Made by a program: the position numbers and the translations under genes. Under the pieces are notes generated by a model. That model had not been told where the DNA came from and did no database searches. It was given only the letters and a program-made list of their open reading frames with translations. From Nitrospinales bacterium (lineage in GTDB: Bacteria > Nitrospinota > Nitrospinia > Nitrospinales > VA-1), in NCBI GenBank assembly GCA_965262115.1, contig OZ253496.1, positions 2,620,265-2,684,264 on the forward strand: DNA of 64,000 nt, in the 5' to 3' direction. Positions 19,955-28,300 of the stretch are shown piece by piece. Numbering within the stretch: position 1 is the stretch's first letter; each line of letters begins with the position of its first letter.

Positions 19955-21568
19955 ATGTCAGCGCATCTACCCCATCAAAAATTTAAAAACGCGGCGTTTG
20001 TGGTCGGTTTTGTAATTCTGTGTGCCTCTTCTGCCTGGGCGGCGAAATCCTATTCCTCCGAGGACCTTTATTTTCTGGCGCAGAAATCGTATTACCATCT
20101 CAAGGGATCTCCCGATAAACAGCAATTCCGCCACCATTGGGAAAATGTCATCCAAAAATTTTCTAAAGTGGTGCAACGTTATCCCCAAAGCCCAGAGGCT
20201 TATAAAGCCACCTTCACCATGGCCGGGTTGTATCAGGGATTGAACGGGATTTCCAAAAATTCAAAGGATCTGGATCAAGCGCTTCATTTTTATAGAAAAG
20301 TTTCCCGCGATTTTTCACCCGGTACGCTGACCGATGATGCGTTGTTCGAGTCGGCTGAAATCTACCGTGATAGAAAAGACTTCTCATCGGCCACGGGTAT
20401 TTTTAAAACGATATTTGAAAAGTTCCCCAAAGGTGATCAGGCCCGAAAGGTCCGCCTGCAATATCAGAAGCTGGCGTCTTTTGCTCAAGTTCCTGCAATA
20501 AAAAAGCGACCCCAGCCTGCCAGCAAAAAACCTGTGCTGTTGTCGCAAGAGAAAAAGCCTTTAGTCGAGAAGAAAACCGTTTCATCGCTGCCCACCAGAA
20601 AACCACCGAAGGTTGTGGCGAAGGCGAAGAAAACAGAGCCGGTAGCCCAGGTTTTATCTACCCCACCGGCCAGACCCGAGAAGAAAAAAATAGTTTCCCG
20701 ACCTCCATTGGCCCGACAGGAAAAAAAAGCCCCCAAGAATGGTTCTGGAAAAAAAGTGGTTGTGGCCAGCAAAGCAAAATCGTCAGCGCCGGTTAAAAAA
20801 GCACTTTTCAAAAAGGACAAGAAGAGAAAAAAGGGCCAGAAAGGCCACCTTTATGCCCCTTCTGGCAGAGCCAGGGACACCGCACGCCTGATCGTTGTCG
20901 ATGCGGGCCATGGTGGCAAAGACCACGGCGCGAAAAGTCATCATGGCAGGCTCCACGAAAAAAATGTCAACCTGACCATTGCCCGACATGTGAAAACCAT
21001 ACTGGTCAACCGGTTCAAGTACCGGGTGGTGATGACCCGAAAGGACGATACGTTCATTCCGCTCAAAGAAAGAAGTGAGATCGCCAACAACAGAAATGCA
21101 GACCTGTTTGTGTCCATTCATGCCAATGCGGCCAAAAGAAAATCAGCGCATGGTATCGAAACGTATTTTTTGGGTACGACCAATAATGATCGGGCTTTGG
21201 AAACCGCCGCCAGGGAGAATGGGGAATTGGTTCAATCTGTCAAGGATGACCAGGTTCAGGAAATTCTGGCGAGTCTCATCACCACCACCAAGATTAATGA
21301 CTCTTCCCGTTTGGCAGGAGCGGTGCAGGAAAACCTTTTTCGATCCTCCAGGAAAAGGTTTCGCGAGTTGAAGAACCTTGGAGTCAAGGAAGGCCCTTTT
21401 TATGTACTTCATGGCGCTGATATGCCCAGCATTCTGGTTGAGGTCGGTTTTTTGACCAACCGGAAGGAATCCCGCATGCTTTCCAAGCCCACTTACCTCT
21501 ATAGACTGGCTTCCTCCATAGCGGAAGGTATCCACAAATACCTGCAGGACAAGAGACCATCTATTTAA
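19955..21568 (+). CDS. N-acetylmuramoyl-L-alanine amidase (Amidase_3) with N-terminal TPR region and Lys/Pro-rich linker
   Basis: DAGHGGKD, EKNVNL, FVSIHANA, PSILVEVGF; signal peptide. Confidence 0.93.
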   Translation: MSAHLPHQKFKNAAFVVGFVILCASSAWAAKSYSSEDLYFLAQKSYYHLKGSPDKQQFRHHWENVIQKFSKVVQRYPQSPEAYKATFTMAGLYQGLNGISKNSKDLDQALHFYRKVSRDFSPGTLTDDALFESAEIYRDRKDFSSATGIFKTIFEKFPKGDQARKVRLQYQKLASFAQVPAIKKRPQPASKKPVLLSQEKKPLVEKKTVSSLPTRKPPKVVAKAKKTEPVAQVLSTPPARPEKKKIVSRPPLARQEKKAPKNGSGKKVVVASKAKSSAPVKKALFKKDKKRKKGQKGHLYAPSGRARDTARLIVVDAGHGGKDHGAKSHHGRLHEKNVNLTIARHVKTILVNRFKYRVVMTRKDDTFIPLKERSEIANNRNADLFVSIHANAAKRKSAHGIETYFLGTTNNDRALETAARENGELVQSVKDDQVQEILASLITTTKINDSSRLAGAVQENLFRSSRKRFRELKNLGVKEGPFYVLHGADMPSILVEVGFLTNRKESRMLSKPTYLYRLASSIAEGIHKYLQDKRPSI

Positions 21569-21577
21569 GGAGGAGGC

Positions 21578-22903
21578 ATGACAGCCCCCATTATTGCTAT
21601 CGTTGGCAGGGCCAACGTTGGCAAGTCAACTTTATTCAACAAGCTCACACAAAGTCGTTCGGCGATTGTCAATGACACGCCGGGGGTGACTCGGGACAGG
21701 ATGTACGGTGCCACGGAATTTGGCGACCGCCCTGTCTTGATCGTCGATACGGGTGGAGTTGATGTGGACACCACCAGTCAGATAGATCTGCAGGTGGTGG
21801 AACAGGCCTTGTGGGCTCGTGAAGAAGCGGATTGTGTGATCGTCGTAGTGGATAACCAGACAGGGCTGACCGGGCCGGATAGGGAAATGATTTCCCAGGT
21901 TCGTAAATCAGGAAAGCCCCTTTTTCTTGCCGTGAACAAGGTGGATTCACCCTCGCACCATTTTATTCTTCCTGAATTTTCTCAATTAGGATTGGCCAAT
22001 ACCTTTCCAATTTCAGCGGAACATGGGCCAGGTCTTTATGAGTTGATTGAAGCGGTCTCCGAATCTCTTCCTGATATGGAACCGGAGTCCGGTTTCGATG
22101 AAGACAGCATTCGCATAGCGGTGATCGGAAGACCCAATGTGGGGAAGTCCTCTCTCATTAACAATTTGTTGAACTCTGAACGTTGTATTGTCTCCGATAT
22201 ACCGGGAACGACTCGGGATGCGATCGACACCTCTCTGGAGTGGAACGGGCGCCGCTTTGTTTTGATCGACACGGCGGGAATTCGACGCAAAGGAAAAACT
22301 CATCGGGTTCTGGATAAATTCAGTGTGATTATGGCTCTTAAAGCTTTGGACCGATGTGATGTTGCGGTGCTGGTGCTGGATGGCATACAGCCGGTCACCG
22401 ACCAGGACGCTACAGTGGCGGGTTATGCTTTAGATCGTGGTAAGGCGTGTGTGGTTTTGGGGAATAAGTGGGACTTGTCACGGGAAAAAGAAATTTTATT
22501 TGAGGAGTTTGTCGACCGGGTGCATCACAAACTTAAGTTTATGAAATTTGCTCCCGTGCTTACGGTTTCGGCAAAATCGGGATTGCGAGTTGATAATATC
22601 CTGCCTCAGGCAGTGAAAGTTTACGCAGAGTATTCCCGCAGCATACCCACCGCATCTCTTAATGAATGTTTTGAGCGTGCCATTCAGAAAAACCCCATGT
22701 CGAATTACCGGGGTAAATTTATGAAGCTGTTTTATGCCACTCAAGTGAAGAAGCGACCGCCGACGTTTAAATGTTTTTTGAATTTCCCGCAAGGAATACA
22801 TTTTTCCTACCGTCGTTATTTGATCAACAGCCTGCGAAAAACATTCGGGTTTATCGGAACTCCCGTCCGGCTCATTTTATCTGGAAAAGGAAAAGATTTC
22901 TGA
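21578..22903 (+). CDS. der: Ribosome biogenesis GTPase Der (EngA)
   Basis: Two G domains (GRANVGKS/DTGG/NKVD and GRPNVGKS/DTAG/NKWD) and a KH-like tail. Confidence 0.97.
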   Translation: MTAPIIAIVGRANVGKSTLFNKLTQSRSAIVNDTPGVTRDRMYGATEFGDRPVLIVDTGGVDVDTTSQIDLQVVEQALWAREEADCVIVVVDNQTGLTGPDREMISQVRKSGKPLFLAVNKVDSPSHHFILPEFSQLGLANTFPISAEHGPGLYELIEAVSESLPDMEPESGFDEDSIRIAVIGRPNVGKSSLINNLLNSERCIVSDIPGTTRDAIDTSLEWNGRRFVLIDTAGIRRKGKTHRVLDKFSVIMALKALDRCDVAVLVLDGIQPVTDQDATVAGYALDRGKACVVLGNKWDLSREKEILFEEFVDRVHHKLKFMKFAPVLTVSAKSGLRVDNILPQAVKVYAEYSRSIPTASLNECFERAIQKNPMSNYRGKFMKLFYATQVKKRPPTFKCFLNFPQGIHFSYRRYLINSLRKTFGFIGTPVRLILSGKGKDF

Positions 22904-22951
22904 ATAGTCCACCGTTATTCAGGCGTTGCCAGCGTTCCCTTTATCCTTCGT

Positions 22952-23119
22952 GTTGTGAGTTGCTCTCAGGTTTAGGTCTGCTACACTCGAAAAACGGTCG
23001 AACCATATGGTTTGTGCGTTGTGAGTTGCTCTCAGGTTTAGGTCTGCTACACTACAGACAGCGGCACATACGTTGACCACCGAGTTGTGAGTTGCTCTCA
23101 GGTTTAGGTCTGCTACACT
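22952..23119 (+). CRISPR. Type II-C CRISPR array: 3 identical 36-bp repeats, two 30-bp spacers
   Basis: Repeat GTTGTGAGTTGCTCTCAGGTTTAGGTCTGCTACACT at 22952, 23018 and 23084. Spacers CGAAAAACGGTCGAACCATATGGTTTGTGC and ACAGACAGCGGCACATACGTTGACCACCGA. Adjacent to cas2. Confidence 0.97.
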
Positions 23120-23179
23120 TTCTTGTCTGTAACTCGGCAATTTTAAAAGCAAACGACCATATGGGGCATGAAGAAAAAT

Positions 23180-23222
23180 GGCCTTTCGACCTTTGGTTAT
23201 CCGAGGTTGGAGGGCTTTTTTT
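23180..23222 (+). terminator. Intrinsic terminator downstream of the array
   Basis: GGCCTTTCGACCTTTGG-TTAT-CCGAGGTTGGAGGGCT stem-loop followed by a T run. Confidence 0.7.
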
Positions 23223-23224
23223 CA

Positions 23225-23558
23225 TCAAAACATCTCCAGTTGCAGAGGCTGGGGTTCTGTTTTTTTTTCTGCGGCGTCCCCAGAAGTTTTTAATATCACC
23301 GAACTGTTTGTCAGTGATGGTAATGATGCTCACCATTCTCTTTTCCGGCAGCATGGATTTAATCCGTTGTGCGTGGACTTCGGCATTTTCGCCGCTGGCA
23401 CAATGCCGGATATACACCGAGTACTGCATCATATCAAATCCATTTCTAAGCAGGCCCTTGCGAAAACGCGTGTAGGCTTTTCTCGCTTTTATGTCCCCGG
23501 TCGGTAAGTCAAATAACACCATAATCCACACGGCTCTGTATTTACTGAAAACGGTCAC
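23225..23558 (-). pseudogene. cas2: Cas2 with a +1 frameshift in an A9 run near the 3' end
   Basis: WIMVLFDLPT, GFDMMQYSVYIR, ITDKQF. GTG start overlaps the cas1 stop. Removing one base from the T9 run at 23260-23268 restores KTEPQPLQLEMF* ending at 23225. Confidence 0.9.
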
Positions 23559-24439
23559 AAAACGGGATAATCGATTTTCTTCTGTTCCCCCGCAAAACAT
23601 CGATAAACAGAGGCTGTTGTGTGGTGCAAACCGACTGTCAAGGGTCGTGTTTCCTTTTCAAAACGAACATCAGTCGTTAAAACTTTCAATAGTTCCTGCC
23701 TCATTTCCTTGTTTAGAGTTTCGCAATCCTCTTCTTCCTGGATGATTTGATAGACAGCTTTGTCGACAAAAGGCCGGTAGGGTTCCATGATATCGTCTGC
23801 CAGACAATAAGCGTTGTAGCGGTTGTGGTGGTGGATGCCAAGCGTTGGCAGTAAACCTGAACTCACCAGAGACCGGGCTACCGCCGCCCACAGAACCATA
23901 TAACCGTAATTCAACAGGTTGTTGGGAGTTTTACCAAAACGTTCGCGCCGGAATTCGTTGCCGAATAACCTGGGCCAGTAATAGCGGGATGCCTGGGCTT
24001 CAAGGTTGGACCGGTCGCCGGCCTTTACATCTTTTGCCAGCACTTTTAATCTTGCGGGCTCTTCGCCAATTTCTTCCAGAAACCTTGCCTGGTTTTTTAT
24101 TTTTGTTTGCACCGTTTGTTTCCAAAGCGCTTTTTTTAACGGCACCGAGGCTTCGATCTGTTTCTGGAAACGCTCGGACTGTACTGAGTTTGTATCGAGC
24201 GGCAAAAGCAGTCCTGCCGGGTGGTGGTTTTTCGCGGACAGGATCACTGCGGCGTTGTTATCGAGCAAAGCCATTAAGCACCCGTGCGTGTAAAGTACCG
24301 CCGGATTGTCAATGAGCAGGACTCCTATGTCTTCTATGGGTATTTTACCGGCCAGGGTTCCGTCCTGCTCAATAATCAGTTGATCGTGCTTGACGCTCAA
24401 CCTGCTGGGATTTTCTATGGCTATCGTACGTTTAATCAT
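23555..24439 (-). CDS. cas1: Type II CRISPR-associated endonuclease Cas1
   Basis: IPIEDIG, NLEAQASRYYW, NNLLNYGY, GIHHHNRYNAYCLADDIMEPYRP; open frame of 294 aa. Confidence 0.96.
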   Translation of the reverse strand: MIKRTIAIENPSRLSVKHDQLIIEQDGTLAGKIPIEDIGVLLIDNPAVLYTHGCLMALLDNNAAVILSAKNHHPAGLLLPLDTNSVQSERFQKQIEASVPLKKALWKQTVQTKIKNQARFLEEIGEEPARLKVLAKDVKAGDRSNLEAQASRYYWPRLFGNEFRRERFGKTPNNLLNYGYMVLWAAVARSLVSSGLLPTLGIHHHNRYNAYCLADDIMEPYRPFVDKAVYQIIQEEEDCETLNKEMRQELLKVLTTDVRFEKETRPLTVGLHHTTASVYRCFAGEQKKIDYPVL

Positions 24440-26825
24440 GGGCTTTACGAATCCTCCCCAGACGGTCGATGGTTATTTTTATTCCTTCGAAGCTTGAAAG
24501 AGTAGGGCGAAATACCCCAGGTTCCTTGCCATCATCATTTTTTAACTTGGCAACTAGATGGTGACGGAGTGTGATTTGGTTGGAGATTATTTGCACCCGG
24601 TAGAGATGGGGACTCAAAGCCAGATGATCGGGGTTATGCCAATCGATCTGGTTTTCCTCTACATCCAGTAAGACCATCTCGTTGACGGCCAGCGAACAGA
24701 CAAATTCCTTACCCTCTCCCAGGTCGGGCCGGATAACCAGTTCCTTGTTTTTCAATCTGCGTACGGCTTCGAACAGGGTGCAGACTTCTCCGCCCTGTCT
24801 GGTATTGCCTTTTTTATCCTGATACTTGTATAGGACTACATGATGGTTTGCGCCTGGTTTCACGCCGGTTTTATTGCGGCGGGATAGCAGAATCATGTTG
24901 TTAAAAGGCTGATGAATGCGTACTTTTTTTATGGGAATTTGTTTGCCCTTTACGGATTTCATATAAAGCGGGTTATCTTTAAAGGCGTTGTTGGGGATAG
25001 TGAATTTTTTCTGGCCGGGGTCCACTCCCAGGTCACGCAGTCTTTCCTTGACAATTGCCCTGACCGTTTCATCAGCAATTTTTGCCACCATTGCAGTCTT
25101 TAAACTTTCAAGTGTTTTTCTGACTGCGTAAAGGGGTTGACCTTTTTCATCCCACAGCTGGGTTTTTCCGTAAAGGGTTTCCTCATGCAAGGCACCGCGA
25201 ATTCGTTTGTTAACGCGATGCGATACCAATAGATTTTTAATGAAAGGCTCCATATCTTCCCGGAATGTGGGCCAGGGTTTTTCAAATCGTTCGCGGGTGG
25301 GGGACCGTTCGTATTTGTTATAACTGCTCAGCTTATGCAATATGCCGTCATCGGTCATGGCGACCACTGCGGCATCGAGAGCGTGATGGCGGTGGTCTTC
25401 ACGGTTCTTCAACTCGTGGCCTTCACCATTTTTGGATAACAGACTGTTGAGCCCCCACAAATGGCGCAACTCCGCAGTGGCCTGGCCTTTGGTCACTCCG
25501 GTTTTGTATCCCAGTATTGCCAAAAGCTGTTGCGACATACGGCTCATGTATGCCGTATCATTTAATTGACGAGAGATGAAGTCACCGCCTATTTCTTTTT
25601 GCCGAAATTTCTTCTGTTTATTGAAGGGTAGAACCTTGATACGTTGCAGGATTTCATCATATTGTTCGGTTCCTTCATAAAACTCATAGGGGGTTTGGTT
25701 GCCTTTGCGTGCGTTTTCATCGATCCTGCATAGCGTTTTGTTGGCGAAAGAGTCGTCACCACAGCGGGAACGGGGTATGATGCTCAATCTGGAAATTGGG
25801 ATTCCTGAACAGGTTGTTAAAGGATATAGAGTCTCCGGTATAGGGACAAATCTGCTTGCACTCTTTCCAGAGCTTGTATTTTTCAATGCTGTCATGGTTG
25901 ACGAGAGTGCCTTCGGCTTCTAGTTCCCTGCCTATTTCCTGATGCGCTTCTTTTCTTCCCAAGTTGTCGAAGTGGATTTTCTTGCGTTTTTCTTTGGGCA
26001 GTTTTAAGTCGCGTACCAGTTCAACCCTGACTTCCTCGGGCTTGCCAAAGGTTTGTTCTATTTTTCTCATCAGCCTTGCCAGCTCATGAAGAGTTTGCGA
26101 CACGATGGGGTTGCGAAACTTATCCATGAAATCTTCAAAACTTTCATAATCTTCCTGATTCGTGTAACCGGCCTTTTCTTTGGCGTCTGCCAGGTTCAGT
26201 CCGTCTTCAAGAAAAGGGCTGAGTTTGCGAATGGCTTTTTTTGAGAAGTGAGCGCAACCTTGCTCGAATCTTGTTTCTCGTGCCAGTTTCTCTGCCTGTT
26301 CCTGAGTAAGATTCCATTTTTCCTGCGCGTAATTTTCCAGCCAGTCCGGGTCATCGGCCTGGAACACCACCTGTTGAATGAGGTCCCTTTTTCCCAAATG
26401 TTTGTCCCACCAGGTTTTGCCAAACACTCTTGCTAATCGGGTGCCCGAACGGTTGCCGATCAAACGTTTTTCGCCTCCCTGCTCCAGGTTGCACTCGGTT
26501 TCTTTAGGAAGCTCTAACAGCTTTTTTATCTGATCAAACTTTCTGTCTTCCTTTTGCCATAACTCCTGAATGAGTTTTTCGCGTTTTGCTTTTATTTCTG
26601 GATCAAACGGCTCTTCTGGCTTTCTGCTGAAGTTGTAGACCACGCCATCAGGATCTATAAATTCCAGTCGATTCACCTGTTCCAGGATTCGGAATCGTTG
26701 GAAATCGAGGCTGTTTTTGTGGCAACGTCTTTTTTCCGGAATATTTTTTTATTGAGTTTTAGTAGGCACCAGCCCAGAGAGTTTGTGCCCAAATCTATGC
26801 CCAGCCTGTAATTGATTCTATCCAC
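24432..26825 (-). pseudogene. cas9: Type II-C Cas9, internally deleted and twice frameshifted
   Basis: RuvC-I LGIDLGTNSLGW (GTG 26825) is joined out of frame to REC sequence PEKRR..FQRFRILEQVN. Then RNPIV and RuvC-II VELVRD, HNH CPYTG..IEH/IIPRS..DDSFANKTLC (frameshift near 25780), RQLNDTAY, RuvC-III DHRHHALDA and GALHEET. Confidence 0.95.
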
Positions 26826-26877
26826 ATGTTTCCCCCCAAAAAGTTTGCCTAAATAATTGAATATGTTATTATAACAG

Positions 26878-26984
26878 AAATATCCATAAATATGGAACAC
26901 CGATTATTGGTCTAACCGGTAACAAGTGCTTGCCTGCGGGTAAGCGCACAAAATTAAAAGGCAGGCTGCGGCCTGCCTTTTTTA
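26878..26984 (+). ncRNA. Candidate tracrRNA, divergent from cas9
   Basis: Promoter-like TTGCCT-N16-TATTAT upstream, ...GGTCTAACCGGTAACAAG junction, then two hairpins with identical TGCG loops (26926-26947 and 26956-26981) and a T run. Complementarity to the resident repeat is weak. Confidence 0.5.
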
Positions 26985-27118
26985 TTTGGAATGATCTCGT
27001 AGGTGACCCAGCCCCGTTTTGGTCGGGGTGTTTTTTGTCCTGCGCCAGAACAGACAGCGACCTCCTGAATCCCCCTTATCAGAGGGAGGTTCAGCATACT
27101 TTCTCCCTGCTTTCATGC

Positions 27119-27193
27119 CGGGCACAATGAGCAAGTTCTTTGGACCGAGACAACTCTTTGCTAGCCAAAAATAGTTATTGCCAGTTGGCCCCC
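27119..27193 (-). repeat. ~75-bp dispersed MITE-like repeat, copy 1 of 3
   Basis: Reverse complement GGGGCCAACTGGCAATAACTATTTTTGGCTAGCAAAGAGTTGTCTCGG... aligns with 51451..51524 and 54574..54648. Confidence 0.78.
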
Positions 27194-27209
27194 ACCTAGC
27201 AGGTTGCTG

Positions 27210-27274
27210 AAAAACTCCCAGAGCGGTCAGAGTCGTACGCTTTCGCTTATCACGCAATTGTCCCTCGGTAGGTG
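27210..27274. repeat. Exact 65-bp direct copy of 36638..36702 (5' coding region of the ntrY-like gene)
   Basis: AAAAACTCCCAGAGCGGTCAGAGTCGTACGCTTTCGCTTATCACGCAATTGTCCCTCGGTAGGTG occurs at both sites, offset 9428. Confidence 0.95.
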
Positions 27275-27561
27275 GTTGCCAACGTTCCTTTGTAGGGTTT
27301 AACTTTGATTTGTTTGGCCTGTTCGTTGACGTTGGCGGCATCATACTGTAATTGCAATGCCATCCACCCGTCTGGCGTTGACCCAAAGGCTTTGGAAAGC
27401 CGGATCGCCATGTCCCAGGATAACGCGGTCTTTTTATTGACCAGCAGGCTCAAGGTTTGTCGGGTGACGCCTAGAATTTTTGCGCCTTCCGTAATACTCA
27501 ACCCATAGGGTTCCAGGCAATCAATTTTCACTCCTAAACCGGGATGCGGCGGGTTTTTCAT
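27250..27561 (-). CDS. higA: HigA-family antitoxin
   Basis: PPHPG, LGVTRQTLS HTH, MAIRLSKAFG, WMALQ..YD. Confidence 0.92.
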   Translation of the reverse strand: MKNPPHPGLGVKIDCLEPYGLSITEGAKILGVTRQTLSLLVNKKTALSWDMAIRLSKAFGSTPDGWMALQLQYDAANVNEQAKQIKVKPYKGTLATTYRGTIA

Positions 27562-27573
27562 TCGTTTTTTCTC

Positions 27574-27852
27574 CTAATGATAATCCTCAAAGTTCACATC
27601 AAAAGCATTGCCACTTTCAAACCGGAAGGTGATCCGCCAATTGGCCCGGACGGTTACACTCCAAGTTCCTTTCCGATCCCCTTTAAGTCCATGGGTGTGG
27701 TAAGAATGCACGTTCATAGCCTCAAGGATTCTGGCGGTGTTCAAACGACCTAATATTAAACTGATCCGGTCCTGCATATCGCGGGGCAACCGTCGCGCAT
27801 CACCCTCCTCAAAAAACCGCTTCAGTCCCCGGTGCTTGAAGCTTTTGATCAT
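27574..27852 (-). CDS. higB: HigB-family (RelE-like) toxin
   Basis: MIKSFKHRGLKRFF, LKGDRKGTWSVTVRANWRITFRF, terminal DYH; toxin lies upstream of antitoxin. Confidence 0.93.
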   Translation of the reverse strand: MIKSFKHRGLKRFFEEGDARRLPRDMQDRISLILGRLNTARILEAMNVHSYHTHGLKGDRKGTWSVTVRANWRITFRFESGNAFDVNFEDYH

Positions 27853-27858
27853 TGACTA

Positions 27859-27887
27859 ACTGTAAGCCGTCAAATGACGTTTGTCAA
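27859..27887 (-). promoter_or_regulatory. Sigma70 promoter of higBA with palindromic operator
   Basis: TTGACA-N17-TACAGT with CGTCA-TT-TGACG in the spacer. The ATG is only 6 nt after the -10 box. Confidence 0.8.
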
Positions 27888-28300
27888 GTGGATCGTAGGG
27901 GATCAATGCGAGTGGCTTCTTTCTCAAGGAGCCAAGCCATTTCCAGCGTTTGCAGGATTAGTTTGCCTTGTGGGTTGAGTCCCTAGTGAGATGCCGGTTT
28001 GGGTTTTTCCTTTTTTTTGGTTTGTGGACTTAAACGCTTTGAAATGAATTGAATAGGAAAGATTGCCCACCTCATTTCCCTTCCCAGCTTGTCCTGCCTT
28101 TAAAGATGGCTTGAAATATCCCTTATATTTGTTAAATTAACATTATATAAGGTTTTGACTTTCGCCGCGAAATTTGGAATGTTTATAGTTCTTAATCATC
28201 AGGATTAGAAGTTAGTTGATAGCGGCTCTTGTTTCATGGTTTGAGGAAGTAGGAGTAACTTCCCCGGTTGGCGGGTGTACTATTTACCAAACGAGGTGAT

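Noticed and set aside
20480..20840. Lys/Pro-rich stretch in the amidase as an inserted element
   Set aside because: Low-complexity linker with no terminal repeats and no copies elsewhere in the window.
22886..22951. A fourth, degenerate repeat plus a third spacer left of the array
   Set aside because: The 30 nt before repeat 1 could be a spacer, but the preceding 36 nt (the end of der) show no similarity to the repeat.
24432..26825. A novel naturally compact or split Cas9
   Set aside because: Breaks fall inside essential elements (bridge helix region missing, frameshift at the HNH catalytic motif) and fragments lack proper starts; decay explains it.
27140..27160. CCGAGACAACTC as the CRISPR anti-repeat
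   Set aside because: Short similarity only, and it lies within the ~75-bp dispersed repeat found at two unrelated sites.
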